Assembly: GCF_009914755.1 (NCBI RefSeq)
Contig: NC_060941.1
From: the human T2T-CHM13v2.0 reference genome, Homo sapiens
DNA length: 64,000 bases
Direction: 5' to 3' (one strand)
The notes beneath the pieces were generated by a model. That model did not search any database. It was not told the origin of the DNA and saw nothing but the letters and a program-made list of their open reading frames with translations. The translations under genes and the position numbers were made by a program. The stretch's first letter is position 1, and each line of letters begins with the position of its first letter. Shown in pieces: positions 1-18,209 of this stretch.

Positions 1-2716
<2,716 letters not shown>

Positions 2717-2779
2717 TATGATGTTAGCTGGTTATTTTGCTCATTAGTTGATGCAGTTTCTTCCTAGCATCGATGATCT

Positions 2780-3801
2780 TTACAATTTGGCATGTTTTTG
2801 CAGTGGCTGGTACCGGTTGTTCCTTTCCATGCTTAGTGCTTCCTTCAGGAGCTCTTGTAAGGCAGGCCTGGTGGTGACAAAATCTCTCAGCATTTGCTTG
2901 TCTGTAAAGGATTTTATTTCTCCTTCATTTATGAAGCGTAGTTTGGCTGGATATGAAATTCTGGGTTGAAAATTCTTTTCTTTAAGAATGTTGAATATTG
3001 GCCCCACTCTCTTCTGGCTTGTAGAGTTTCTGCCGAGAGATCCACTGTTAGTCTGATGGGCTTCCCTTTGAGGGTATCCCGACCTTTCTCTCTGGCTGCC
3101 CTTAACATTTTTTCCTTCATTTCAACTTTGGTGAGACTGACAATTATGTGTCTTGGAGTTGCTTTTCTCAAGGAGTGTCTTTGTGGCATTCTCTGTATTT
3201 CCTGAATTTGAATGTTGGCCTGCCTTGCTAGGTTGGGGAAGTTCTCCTAGATAATATCCTGAAGAGTGTTTTCCAACTTGGTTCCATTCTCCCCGACACT
3301 TTCAGGTACACCAATCAGAGGTAGATTTGGTCTTTTCACATAGTCCCATATTTCTTGGAGGTTTTGTTCATTTCTTCTTACTCTTTTTTCTCTAAACTTC
3401 TCTTCTCGCTTCATTTCATTCATTTGATCTTCAATCACTGATACCCTTTCTTCCACTTGATCGAATTGGCTACTGAAGCTTGTGCATGTGTCACGTGGTT
3501 CTTGTGCCATGGTTTTCAGCTCCATCAGGTCATTTAAGGTCTTCTCTATACTGTTTATTCTAGTTAGCCATTCGTCTAATCTTTTTTCAAGGTTTTTAGC
3601 TTCTTTGCAGGTTTGAACATCCTCCTTTAGCTTGGAGAAGTTTGTTATTACCAATCGCCTGAAGCCTTCTTCTCTCAACTTGTCAAAGTCATTCTCCATC
3701 CAGCCTTGTTCCATTGCTGCTGAGGAGCTGCATTCCTTTGGAGGAGAAGAGGTGCTCTGATTTTTAGAATTTTCAGCTTTGCTGCTCTGGTTTCTCCTCA
3801 T
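2780..3801 (-). pseudogene. Disrupted L1 ORF1 (coiled-coil RNA chaperone)
   Basis: ORFs 3247-3801, 2929-3189 and 2780-3007 are consecutive ORF1p pieces (IWDYVKRPNL, KGKPIRLTVDLSAETL, FQPRISYPAKL, QPLQKHAKL*) in different frames. Confidence 0.93.
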
Positions 3802-4779
3802 CTTTGTGGTTTTATGTACCTTTGGTCTTTGATGGTGACGTACAGATGGGGCTTTGGTGTGGATGTCCTTTCTGTTTGTTAGTTTTCCTTCTAACAGTCA
3901 GGACCCTCAGCTGCAGGCCTGTTGGAATTTGCTGGAGGTCCACTGCAGACCCTGTTTGCCTAGGTACCACCAGTGGAGGCTGCAGAACAGCAAATATTGC
4001 AGACCGGCAAATGTTGCTGCCTTATCCTTCCTTGGGAAGCTTCATCTCAGAGGGGCACCTGGCTGTATGAGGTGTCAGTCGGCCCTTACTGGGAGGTGTC
4101 TCCCAGTTAGGCTACTCAGGGGTCAGGAGCCCCCTTGAGGAGGCAGTCTGTCTGTTCTCAGATCTCAAACTCCGTGCTGGGCGAACCACTACTATCTTCA
4201 CAGCTGTCAGACAGGGATGTTTAAGTCTGCAGAAGTTTCTGCTGCCTTTTGTTCAGCTATGCCCTGACCCCAGAGGTGGAGTCTACAGAGGCAGGGAGGC
4301 TCCTTGAGCTGTGGTGGGCTCCACCCAGTTCAAGCTTCCTGGCCACTTTGTTTACCTACTCAAGCCTCAGCAATGGTGGGCGCCCCTCCCCCAGCCTCGC
4401 TGCCACCTTGCAGTTGGATCTCAGACTGCTGTGCTAGCAGTGAGTGAGGCTCCATGGGTGTGGGACCCTCCAAGCCATGCTCGGGATATAATCTCCTGGT
4501 GTGCCGTTTGCTAAGACCATTGAAAAAGCACAGTATTAGGGTGAGAGTGTCCTGATTTTCCAGGTGCCATCTGTCACAGCTTCCCTTGGCTAGGAACGGG
4601 AATTCCCTGACCCCTTGCACTTCCCTGGTGAGGCGATGCCACGCCCTGCTCCATGGCCTGCACCCACTGTCTGACAAGCCCCAGTGAGATGAACCCAGTA
4701 CCTCAGTTGGAAATGCAGAAATCACCCGTCTTCTGCATCGCTCACCCTGGGAGCTGTAGACTGGAGCTGTTCCTATTCA

Positions 4780-4789
4780 GCCATCTTGG
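4780..4789 (-). promoter_or_regulatory. L1 5' YY1 site of the internal sense promoter
   Basis: CCAAGATGGC on the minus strand at the L1 5' terminus, the established YY1 element position. Confidence 0.75.
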
Positions 4790-5328
4790 GACCTCTGATC
4801 ACTGCCAATATCCTTTATAGTCAGGAAGTGGTAGAACAAAGTGTGACTAATGTCCAAATCCCATCATTCTCTTTCTGCTACAAGAGACAAGAAAAGTGAA
4901 AGGGTAGAAGGAGAAGTCGAGACAGGGAAGAGACTCGGGCAGCTTCAAATGGCTTCAGGGGCCCAAAAGTTGCTGAACACAGAGGATTCCCAGGCTTCGG
5001 AGTCTGACCTAATGAATGACAGGGCATAGGGATGAGGCAGCAGGAGGGGCCAAAGTGAAGACTCACCTTCCCAATAAGCCTTGCAGTCAGACCTTGTGTC
5101 TGAGCAGATGTGCCTGGAAAAGTGACCTCCAGATGGGTTAGGAAGGTCCCTATTGCCACAGTGAATCCTGCCCTTGCCCCCTGGCCAGGGAGCAGCTAAT
5201 CCTCCATGCCAGCTATCCAGGCTCCCTGGAGTCTTTGATAAAGACCTGGACAAGGCAGATTGCAATTCTCATGGGAGGGAGCTGGGGTGGGGCAAACGTG
5301 TTCCTCCAGCACTCCCAAAGCCAGCCTC

Positions 5329-5631
<303 letters not shown>

Positions 5632-5799
5632 GCCTGCCTCGTGGCTTCAGTTCCTGCAATGTATCTGATGTACCTGGGGCCAAAAGCCTGGACTCTGGGC
5701 CAGCTCTGTGTCCCACACTACAGTTGAGGAAAGAGATCAGAGGAAGGGACAAAGGATAGATTTGGGTCTTGATTCGGAATAACCCAATTCTTTGCCCAC

Positions 5800-6305
5800 A
5801 GGAGTAGAAAAGATGGAAGATGTGCCCACTATTTCCCTAGGGTCCCTCAGCTCTGAGTCCCCCTTCTACACTGGCTCAGTGATGCCGGGCTGGGCTGCAC
5901 CTCTGCAACTACAGTGCCCAGACCCCTTTGCCAGCTGGCTTTCTATTTGGTGCTATCTCTCCATAGGAAGTCCCGGAGAAGGATCGGAAGGCAGGAGAGG
6001 GGAGAAGGTGCTTTTCCCTTCCCGTTTCTTTGCTGTTCCTGTCAGTGCAGCCCAGCAGTGGCAGCTGGTCCAGTCTCCAGCGTCCTTCAGCATCCCGGTG
6101 CCAGCCCTCCTCTGCCTGCTCAGAAAGAAGAACCCTCGGAGCTGGCCAGCACTGCTCTTAGTGCCCAAGCTCCACCCTTCCAAGCTCCTAGTTTCCCGTT
6201 TTCTTCCCTTTCATCCCCCCAGCCTTAAAGGTGATGGCTGCTTTCTATAGTTATTTTCTCTGGGTTTTCCTCAGTATTCTGTTTTTTCTCTTCCTGCCAG
6301 GTGTA
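5800..6305. mobile_element. Old ERVL-type solo LTR (LTR33-like)
   Basis: Resemblance to remembered LTR33 motifs (cccagacccctttgccagctggctt, ggaaggcaggagagg); no TSD verified. Confidence 0.45.
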
Positions 6306-6479
6306 ACCAAATCCTCATATTAAATTTCCCCTGTTGAGATCCTGGCATGATTTCTCTTTTCCTGACTGGCTTCTGCTGATTCAGAAAGAAACAGAGCTGC
6401 TTCTCCAGGGAGCCTGCTGTGTTTTACAAGACACAGAGTGGGACTGAGGGCAGGGGAGGGGCTTTGGGCTAAGGTGGTC

Positions 6480-6590
6480 CTGAGTCCAAATCTCTTCTCT
6501 GATTTTACCCCCTGAGTGACTTTGGGCAAGCTACTTGATTTCTCTGCACTTCAGTTTCCTCACCTGAAAATCGGGTTAGTAACACAAACC
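6480..6590 (+). mobile_element. MIR fragment
   Basis: Core gtgactttgggcaagctacttgatttctctgcacttcagtttcctcacctgaaaatcggg. Confidence 0.7.
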
Positions 6591-7157
6591 TGATTAGTCT
6601 TCAGTACCAGAGACAAAAAACCAATTTGAACTAATTAGGCAAAAGGATGAAATTATTCTGGAAAGTTTCCAGAAAAGTAATCATCAAGTGCAAAGGGCAA
6701 GAAGGCAGGGGTCTGGCTCACCTCTCCTAGAACTGGAATCAGGAACTCAAGTGCATTGAGGATCTCTCTGCCCCTCAGAGCTGCTTCCCAGTTTGTGGTC
6801 CCGATTCTTATCACAGAGCATCTTCTCCATGTGGTGGAGGAAGATGTCTTCTCTCAGTTTCCAGACTCTTGCCTTCACAGCTTTGCCCACAGAAGAAACC
6901 ACTCCTCCTGGTGAGGCCCAACTCAGTAGTGTCCAAGGAAAGGCACAATTGGCCAGGGAGGTTATGAGTTCATCCCTGCACACACACTGTTACCTGGGAG
7001 CAGGGTCACATAAGGGATGACAGCTGCTGGTCAGCGACAACACGTCTAGATCTTGCAAAAACCCGGGCATTGCCACATGACTCTTCCCGTTTCACAGATG
7101 AGCAAGCTGAGGTTCAGAGGAGGAGGGGCTTGACCACAGTCATGCGGCTTTCATCTA

Positions 7158-7372
<215 letters not shown>

Positions 7373-7377
7373 TTATT

Positions 7378-7960
7378 AGCTGGGCACGCTGGCACACACC
7401 TGTAATCCCAGCACTTTGAGAGGCTGAGAAGGGAGGGTCACTTGGGGCCAGGAGTTCAAGTCCAACATGGACAACAAAACGAGAACCCATCTCTACCAAA
7501 AAGAGAACAAAATTTTTTCGAGACAGGGCCTCACTCTGTCGCCCAGGCTGGAGTGCAGTGGCACGACCTCAGTTCACTGCCCCTTACACCTCTCGGATTC
7601 AAGGATTCTTGTGCCCCAACCTCCTGAGTAGGTGGGATTACAGGCACACACTGCCATGTCTGGCTAATTTTTGTATTTTTTGGAAGAGACAGGGTTTCGC
7701 CATGTTGGCCAGGCTGGTCTCAAACTCATGGCCTCAGATGATCCACCCGCTTTGGCCTCCCAAGTGCTGGGATTACAGGCATGAGAAATACTCTTTTTAA
7801 TTAGCTGGGTGAGGTGGTGCACGCCTGTAGTGGTAGCTTTTGGAGAGGCAAGGCAGGAGGATCACTTGAGTTTAGGAGTTTAAGGCTGCAGTGAGCCGTG
7901 ATCACACCACTGCACCTCAGCCTGGGTGGCAGGGTGAGACCTTATCTCAAAACAAAAAAC
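7378..7960 (+). mobile_element. AluJ split at its central linker by an antisense Alu
   Basis: Left arm 7378-7510, right arm 7796-7960. Confidence 0.85.
7513..7785 (-). mobile_element. Alu (J/S) nested in antisense inside AluJ
   Basis: T-tail then gagacagggcctcactctgtcgcccagg...gggattacaggcatgag. Confidence 0.88.
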
Positions 7961-8799
7961 CCGAGATAACTGGCAGTTCTGCAGGCTTAGAGGAAAGCAA
8001 CTGGATGTGGGTGAGTGTAGTGCAGTAGGCAAGGAGGGAAGAAGGCTGCATTTGCTTCATGCCTACAATGTGCCAGGCACTGGCGGATCGACACAGGAGA
8101 GCCATGCCTCCAGTGTCTATCCTGTTTTGAAAAGAGAAGAAAATGAGGTTCAGAATGGTTCCATACCCAATTCCAGGCTCCACAGCTTAGAGGCAGGGCT
8201 GGAATTCAAACCCTAGTCTTGCGGGTTCTGTGCATTACTCATCGCAGTAGCTGTATGCCTAGGCCCCTCGGGAAGTTTCTGGCTATTGGACAGACTCAGA
8301 TTGGATGACATTCCCTGGCTCCATTTCCTCTGGTTTTAGATGCCAGCAGAATACAGGTCCCTCTGGGCATCGTGGCATTCGAAAAAATGCAGGGAAAGGG
8401 TCCACAGAAACTAAAAATGATGATCAAGGGGCAGAAAGGGTTTTCTGAGGAAACGTAAAGACAAACTGGGCTGTTGCATTGCTGGTGACCTGCCTCTGGC
8501 ACTTCTCCAGCTGTCTCTCTGCCTGACCCTCCAGCCACACTAAATTTTTTACAGCTTCCCGAATATGTCACTGTTCTCTGCCTCCACGCCTTTGTAGAAA
8601 TTGCTTTCTTTACCTAAAACACCTTTCCTACTCCCATCCAAACCCTGCCTTCCTGACAAACTCCTATACATCCCTCAAAACCGATTTCGGTCACCTCCTC
8701 TGTGAAGTCCTGTTTCCTAGCAGTGGACCCTTCCTGCTTCATACCCTAGGGTTGATTGCTTCTTTTTCTTTGTCCTCAGCACACCTAAGACTTCCTCCA

Positions 8800-8992
8800 A
8801 ACTGGTGATTCTCCACTCCCATGTGCAGATCTGCTTGCTGCATCAGAATCACCTCAGGAGTGATTTCAAGATAGTCAAGCCCAGGCCCTGCTCTGGGAGA
8901 ATCTGACTCAGACTCTGGAGTGTAGCCAGATGTCAGAAATAAGTAGATTGTCCAAGTGCTTGTGATGCTCAGCCAGGTGTGGAGAGCACTGA
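8800..8992. mobile_element. MER5A/B-like hAT-Charlie MITE
   Basis: Motifs tgcatcagaatcacct and gatgctcagccaggtgtggagagcactg. Confidence 0.55.
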
Positions 8993-9077
8993 GGTGCACC
9001 CCTGGAAGGCAGGACCTTCTCCATACCAGGGCTTGGCTCAGAGGAGTGCACAGTGAGTGGGGAAGGAAAGAAGGGAG

Positions 9078-10433
<1,356 letters not shown>

Positions 10434-10619
10434 ATGGGAGGAAGGAGGGAGGAGGGAGGAGTGGGGAGGAAGGAAGAGAGAAAGGTGAGTAGAGACAGGT
10501 GGGAGGATGAAAATGAGCATGATCCAGGTATGAGCAGAAAGGGGCAGGAAGCTGGGGTCTCGGGTGTGATGCCTCTAGGCCATTCTACCTCACCTCTTGT
10601 TGGCAAAGATGCCACTTCT

Positions 10620-10800
10620 AAAGTTAGACATACAGGGGTTTGAGTCCTGGTTCTGCCACTCACCAGCTGTGTGTGCCTTGGCAAGTCACTTGACCTCTGT
10701 TTTCTCTGCTTACAGGTGATAACTGCTGTGCCTGCCTCACCACAATGTTCTCAGGATTTAGCAAGCTCTTATGATCAGCACCTTTCAAGCATTCGTATGC
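10620..10800 (+). mobile_element. MIR fragment
   Basis: gggtttgagtcctggttctgccactcaccagctgtgtgtgccttggcaagtcacttgacctct. Confidence 0.72.
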
Positions 10801-11143
10801 ACGAGAAGCAGCGGGGGATTTGTGAAAATCTAGGTTCTGACTCGTTTATGTTGGGCTGGAGCCTGGGATTCTGCAGTGGACTCCAAGTGGAGTCTATGCT
10901 GCTGGTCTGTGGACCAACTTTGAGTAGTGAGGATACAGATCAAAAGTCAGACACCTTTCCTCTCAGGGAACTTACCTGATTCTCTGCAACAGGTTGGGAA
11001 CGAGGCCAGGAGTGCCCCTTTACAGAGCATGTTGTGTGTGCCAAACCTGGTGCTCAGCCCCACCACGCCCCCCTCACTGAGCTGGGAGGCCCCCGTTTTC
11101 TCAGAACTTGAGCAATAATGATCATGCCTTGTTCAAATCACAC

Positions 11144-11583
11144 TGAGTTTCCTATTTCAACTGTAACAAGTTTTCGTAAACTAGGTGGCTTAGAAAGCAC
11201 ATTTATTCTCTTATGGTTCTGGAGGCTGGAAGTATGAAATGAGCCTTAGGGGCTCAAATCAAGGTGTCTGTAGGGCTGATTCCCTCTGGAGGCTCTGGGG
11301 GGAATCCGCTCCCTGACTCTCCTAGCGGCTGCTGGTATTCCTTGGCTTGTGGCCGCATGACTTGAATCTCTGCTTCTGTTGTCACATTGCCTCATTCTCC
11401 TCTCTCTGACCTCCTGGCTCCTTCTTATAAGGACCCTTGTGATTACATCGAGTCTATCTCCCCATGTCAAGAGCCTTAACTTTCTTATATGCAAAGTCCA
11501 TTTTACCATGTCAGGCAATACAGTCACCGGTTCTGGGGATTAGGGAGTGGATTTCTTTGGAGGCCATTGTTCTGCCAACCACA
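11144..11583 (-). mobile_element. MLT1C/D solo LTR (ERVL-MaLR)
   Basis: Minus strand begins TGTGGTTGGCAGAACAATGGCCTCCAAAGA; typical MLT1 body and end. Confidence 0.85.
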
Positions 11584-12249
11584 ACTGTCCAGGCCTCTCA
11601 TCAGAACCTCCCAGGCCAGACCCTGACCACAGAGCTTAGGATGCACATCCTCTCCCTGGAGGAAATCTGTCATGATCCCTTTGCAGTCCAGGCTCTGAGC
11701 TGAAGCGGTGGCCGTGAGAGGGACTCATTCCTTAGCGTGGATGCTCCCTCTCCATGCATTGATCTCCCAAGAGTCAGAAGCTGAAGGAGCAGGGCCAAGG
11801 TCATGCTGTCCCTGGAGCCCCGGAGCACATGCTTGCCATAAGGCACACTGCTCATAAGAGCCAGGCCAGAGGTGACCTCTCCGGCAGCAAATCCATCAGG
11901 AGAAAATTGATAGGAAGGCCAGCCAGAAGATGGACAGAGCATTGTTAAGGAGGCAGGAGTGGTTGGACATTGACAAGGAAAAGGAAGTTGAAAAAATCCA
12001 GCTTGCTTTTTTCCTAAAACAGTTATTCCCTTAACCCCATGGTCCCTGAGACAGTGGACGAGCTGGGCTGACTGGCTTAGGGGTCACATATTCTGAGCCT
12101 ATTAATGGCTTTTGGAGGCAAGCTGGGTGACAGGTACCCATTCCTGCCCAGTGTCTGGGTCAAAGGATGGACCCACGAGGCAAACGGATCCACCCCTTGG
12201 CTTGCCCACCATAGCTATCGGTGCAAAGACAGTGCTTTGGACTTGGAGG

Positions 12250-12317
12250 TAGGGTGGCCAATCGTCCCAAATTTCCTGGGAATTTGATGAGAAAACTGGG
12301 ACACATTAGTCACCTTA
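12250..12317. mobile_element. Tiny hAT MITE remnant (MER94/MER81-like)
   Basis: Terminal inverted repeats tagggtggcca...tagtcacctta with inner gtccca/tgggac. Confidence 0.5.
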
Positions 12318-13044
12318 CATGTAGGAAGCTGTAAAAACCCAGCAGTGGGCTTGGTTGCTGCCTACCCTCCAGCCCCAGGCAACTTGGCAGGCCTCCTAAC
12401 ACCTTCAGCTGGCAGGGCCCATCACTGTTACAAAAGATTCTCCAAGTGAAGCAATGCCAGTGGTGACAGCTGGAGCTTAGGGGCTGCTGGAGAGGACAGC
12501 CCTCTCCATTGGGGCTGCTGAGTCACACTGGTTCAAGGTCTGGGTGATTCTAGAGCCTGATTTCTCTCAAGTCACTAGGGATGGGCAGAGGGGGGGCTCA
12601 GGCTGGAAGGAGAAAAGGGAGGAATTAAATCCCAAAGTTAAGATTCCACTGCAAAAGCTGAATGCCCATTCAGAAGCCTGCAATGAGAGCATGGCTTTTC
12701 AGCGTCAAAGGTACCCGTGCTGGGGGCCCTGGACCTGCTGCTAGGAGGAAGTGTGCTGTGGTGGGAAAGAGAATGCTGGGGCCGGACAGATCCTGGATTT
12801 CCTGCTTCCCAGCAGAATGACCTTGAGCAAGCCCCCTAGTGTCTCTGAGTTTTTCTCACTGGAAAAAAAGAGGCTAATGACACCTCTGTGCAGAGTTAAG
12901 GCAATAAACAACCAATGTGTGAACTTGCCTAATACCCAGTAGGTCGCTCCTGTCTTCAGGACCAGACCAAGGTCAATAGGAAAACAATTTAATAAGCAGA
13001 GGCTGCCTGGTGAGCCTTGAATTAGAGTAAAGGGAGTTGGATAA

Positions 13045-13442
<398 letters not shown>

Positions 13443-14252
13443 CTTCTTCAGTATTTCTTACGAGTCCCCTGGCCCTCCCATCCTTCCAGCAGTCCTTCGT
13501 GTTGCCTGTGTTGCGGATGGTTTGATTCTAGCTCCATTATATGACACACAGACACTCTGCTAGGCTTTTTTAATTTTTTTAACATAAGTGATTTAATTTG
13601 ACCGTCCAGCAACCCGTTGGGGGTAAGTATTGCTCTCCCCATTTTACAGATGTGGAAACTGAGGTTTGGAGAGGTTGAGGAAATATTACTTAGGGTCATA
13701 CCAATTCAGGGTCACACCTCCAGGTTTCAAATTCAATGCTTTCTCCCTGTGAGGCAGACCCCACAACAGGGGTCATGTTAGTAGGGTGTCTCCTGCAGAG
13801 GATTTAGGGGGGCAGCCCACCCTAGCTGAACTGCCACGTTCACACAGCATCAGGAAGGCACCATCATCCTTTGGGCCACTTCCTGATTACAGGACTGGTA
13901 GAAGGTTCTTTTCTAAAGAATATGGGCTCCTTCTCAGTCCCCAATCAGCTGCTGACAGGGAATGTCCCAGTTCTCCCATCTGACTTACCACCCCTGATCC
14001 CTCACCTCAGACGGTGTGGGCCAACCTTCCACCGCTAGAAATGGAAGTGACAACCGCAACTTCCTTTTGTGAGACAAAAGGGAATTTATTACATTGGGTA
14101 GAAAAGGATATACTCAAGTAGGAGTACGACACGTAGAGAGTCAGGGAAAAGTCCCCAGTCTTGCGGCTTCAGCCTGACGTGTCTAGAGTCATTTCTGTTT
14201 TACTGACTAAACTCTTACTGTTACACAAGTTTGAACACACTCACATGCTATC

Positions 14253-14257
<5 letters not shown>

Positions 14258-14291
<34 letters not shown>

Positions 14292-14292
14292 G
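14258..14292. repeat. (CA)n microsatellite
   Basis: Direct reading. Confidence 0.95.
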
Positions 14293-14442
14293 GAATTAAT
14301 AAACATGCATTAAATAAAACAATAGCATCTACACCAGGAGGGAGTTAGTGGAGTCAAACTGATTTAAGAATCTTTCATTGTTTTGGTGGAAGTTGAAGGT
14401 TTTGATCAACTTTTGGCTTTGGTAGATTGATAATGCATGTTG

Positions 14443-14548
14443 CTGGGTGCGGTGAGACACCTGTAGTCCCAGCTACTCAGGAGGAGGATGAGGTGGAAGG
14501 ATCACCTGAGTCGAGGAGTTTGAGACCCTGTCTCTCAAAATAAAAAAG
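14443..14548 (+). mobile_element. Alu monomer (FLAM-like)
   Basis: Single arm with A-tail; TSD aatgc(a/g)tg(t/c)tgc. Confidence 0.75.
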
Positions 14549-14990
14549 AATGCGTGCTGCACCTTCTGAGGTAATCACTAAAAGAATGGGAAAAGATGTT
14601 TTTACAAATTAAAATTAATTTTTTTTCTAGAGTCAGTTACTCCCAAGAAAAGGGCAAGAAAGGAGACAAAAAGCAATATGGGGCAGGCAGGACAAATAGA
14701 AAACAAAATAAGATGGTAAATGTAAACCCAAAGATACATAGTATATTGATTATATAATTATTCTATTAAAGGGTAAAGATTATCAACATGATTTTAAAAT
14801 AAAAATTCAACTATGCGCTTTTTACAAAAGATACATAAAAACACATAAAGGGTAAATGCAGAAGGATAGAAAAATATAAACCATGCAAATCCTAACCAAA
14901 AGAAAACCTCTGTATAGTATGTTAATTATTGTAAATATCCATGTTATTAATAGCTGACAAAGTAGATATTAAGTTAAAAGAAGTTACAAA

Positions 14991-15332
<342 letters not shown>

Positions 15333-15811
15333 TCAATTCACCTAGAAAACATAACAATTATAAGTCATGTGCAAAAGAATTGGAAAGGAAAACCAAAACT
15401 GTCATTATTTGCAGGTGATATAAACTTCATATATAGAAAATCCAAAAGGATCTATAGGTGAATTATTAGAATTAATAAGAAAGCTTGACAATATTGGTAG
15501 ATACAATTTTAATACAAATAAAATCATTCACATTTTTGTATATCAGCAACCAGAAGTAAAAAAAAATGTTTTTTAAAAAAATTATTTACAGGATCATCAA
15601 GGATAGTATATTACTAGGAATAAAACTAACAAAAGGTGTGCAATCTGTTTGTGGTATAATTATAAATATGTACTGAGAGACATTTTAAAAAGACTTCAAA
15701 AAAGCAGGAACATACCTTCCACCACATACAAAAGTTAACTCAAAATAGATCCCAAACCTAAATGTAAATACTGAAACTATACGAAGAAAACATAGTAGAA
15801 TGCCTTTGTGA

Positions 15812-16122
<311 letters not shown>

Positions 16123-16400
16123 TAAATATAACAAGAAAAGCACAATCTGTAAATGAACAATTTGATAAAATGAACCTCATCAAAATTAAAGCTCTTGCTC
16201 TTCAGAAGGCACACAAGAGAATAAAAGGACAATCCCAGACTGGGGGAAGAAAATCTTTGCAAAGCAAATATCTAAAAAATGAGTTATATCCAGAATATAA
16301 ATAATTCTCAGAACTCAATAATAAGAAAACCACCCAGTTACAAATAAGCAAAAGATTTGAAAAGACACTTCACCAAAGAAGATATATACAGATAAGTTCA

Positions 16401-16549
16401 CACTTTGGGAGGCCAAGGTGGGTAGATAACGAGATCAAGAGATCAATACCATGCTGACCAACATGGTGAAACCCCGTCTCTACTAAAAAAAAATACAAAT
16501 ATTAGCAATCGTGAAACTCTGTCTCAAGAAAAAAGAAAAAAAGGAAAAA
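16401..16549 (+). mobile_element. Alu remnant (5' truncated, most of right arm deleted)
   Basis: cactttgggaggccaagg...ttagc joined to gtgaaactctgtctcaa and A-tail. Confidence 0.8.
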
Positions 16550-17194
16550 AGTTCAACATCATTATGAAGGTGAGGGTGGGGTGTGTTGGGGAGGAGGGAT
16601 TATACTGGGGCAGGAAGAAATCTTAGCCACTGATGGATATGTTCATTAACTTGATGGTAATGTTGGTTTCATGGGTGTATACATATGTCAAAACTTATTG
16701 AATTGTACACTTTAAATATGTGCAATTTATTGTAAGTCAAGCAAACCCCATTGAAGCTATTTTTTAAAGGACTTCAATAAAAGCAGAAATATACTTTGTG
16801 GGCTGGCAAACTCAACAGTCTTCCCAATCTGATTTATAAATTCAATACAATTGAATTAAAATCTCTGCTACTTACCTTTTATTTTGTGGAACTTGATGCG
16901 CTCATTCTAAACTTTATATGAAAATGCAGAGGAACAAGAATAGTTCAGAGACCCTTGAAATTTCCCTCACAAGGTAGAAGAATTTGATTCACCAAATATA
17001 AAGATTATTATAAATCTGTAGTAATTAAGACAATGTAGTGTTGGCTCAGGGATGGAACAATAGACCAATGGAACTGAAAAGAGAGTCCAGAAATAGGTTC
17101 CTGCTAATATGGGCACAGTGAATGATAGAGATGGATTGCAGAGAGGGAGAAAAGGGGGGACTTTGCAATAAATAAATGGGTCTCGAGTAGCTGA

Positions 17195-17599
<405 letters not shown>

Positions 17600-17807
17600 C
17601 AGAGAAGAAATTCTTAAACACATTCACAAAAAGTACAAATCATAAAGGAACACATTAATAAACTCTACTACATTAAAATTAAAAACTTCTGCTCTTAAAA
17701 GAGGGAAAAAAACAATTCACAGAGTGAGGGAAGATATTTGCAACTCAAAGAATTGACAAAAAAGTAGCAACAAGACTATATAAATACAACCCAACAGCAA
17801 AGACCCA

Positions 17808-18209
<402 letters not shown>

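Noticed and set aside
5792-6250. 152-aa ORF
   Set aside because: Non-ATG start, no recognisable domain, overlaps a probable old LTR.
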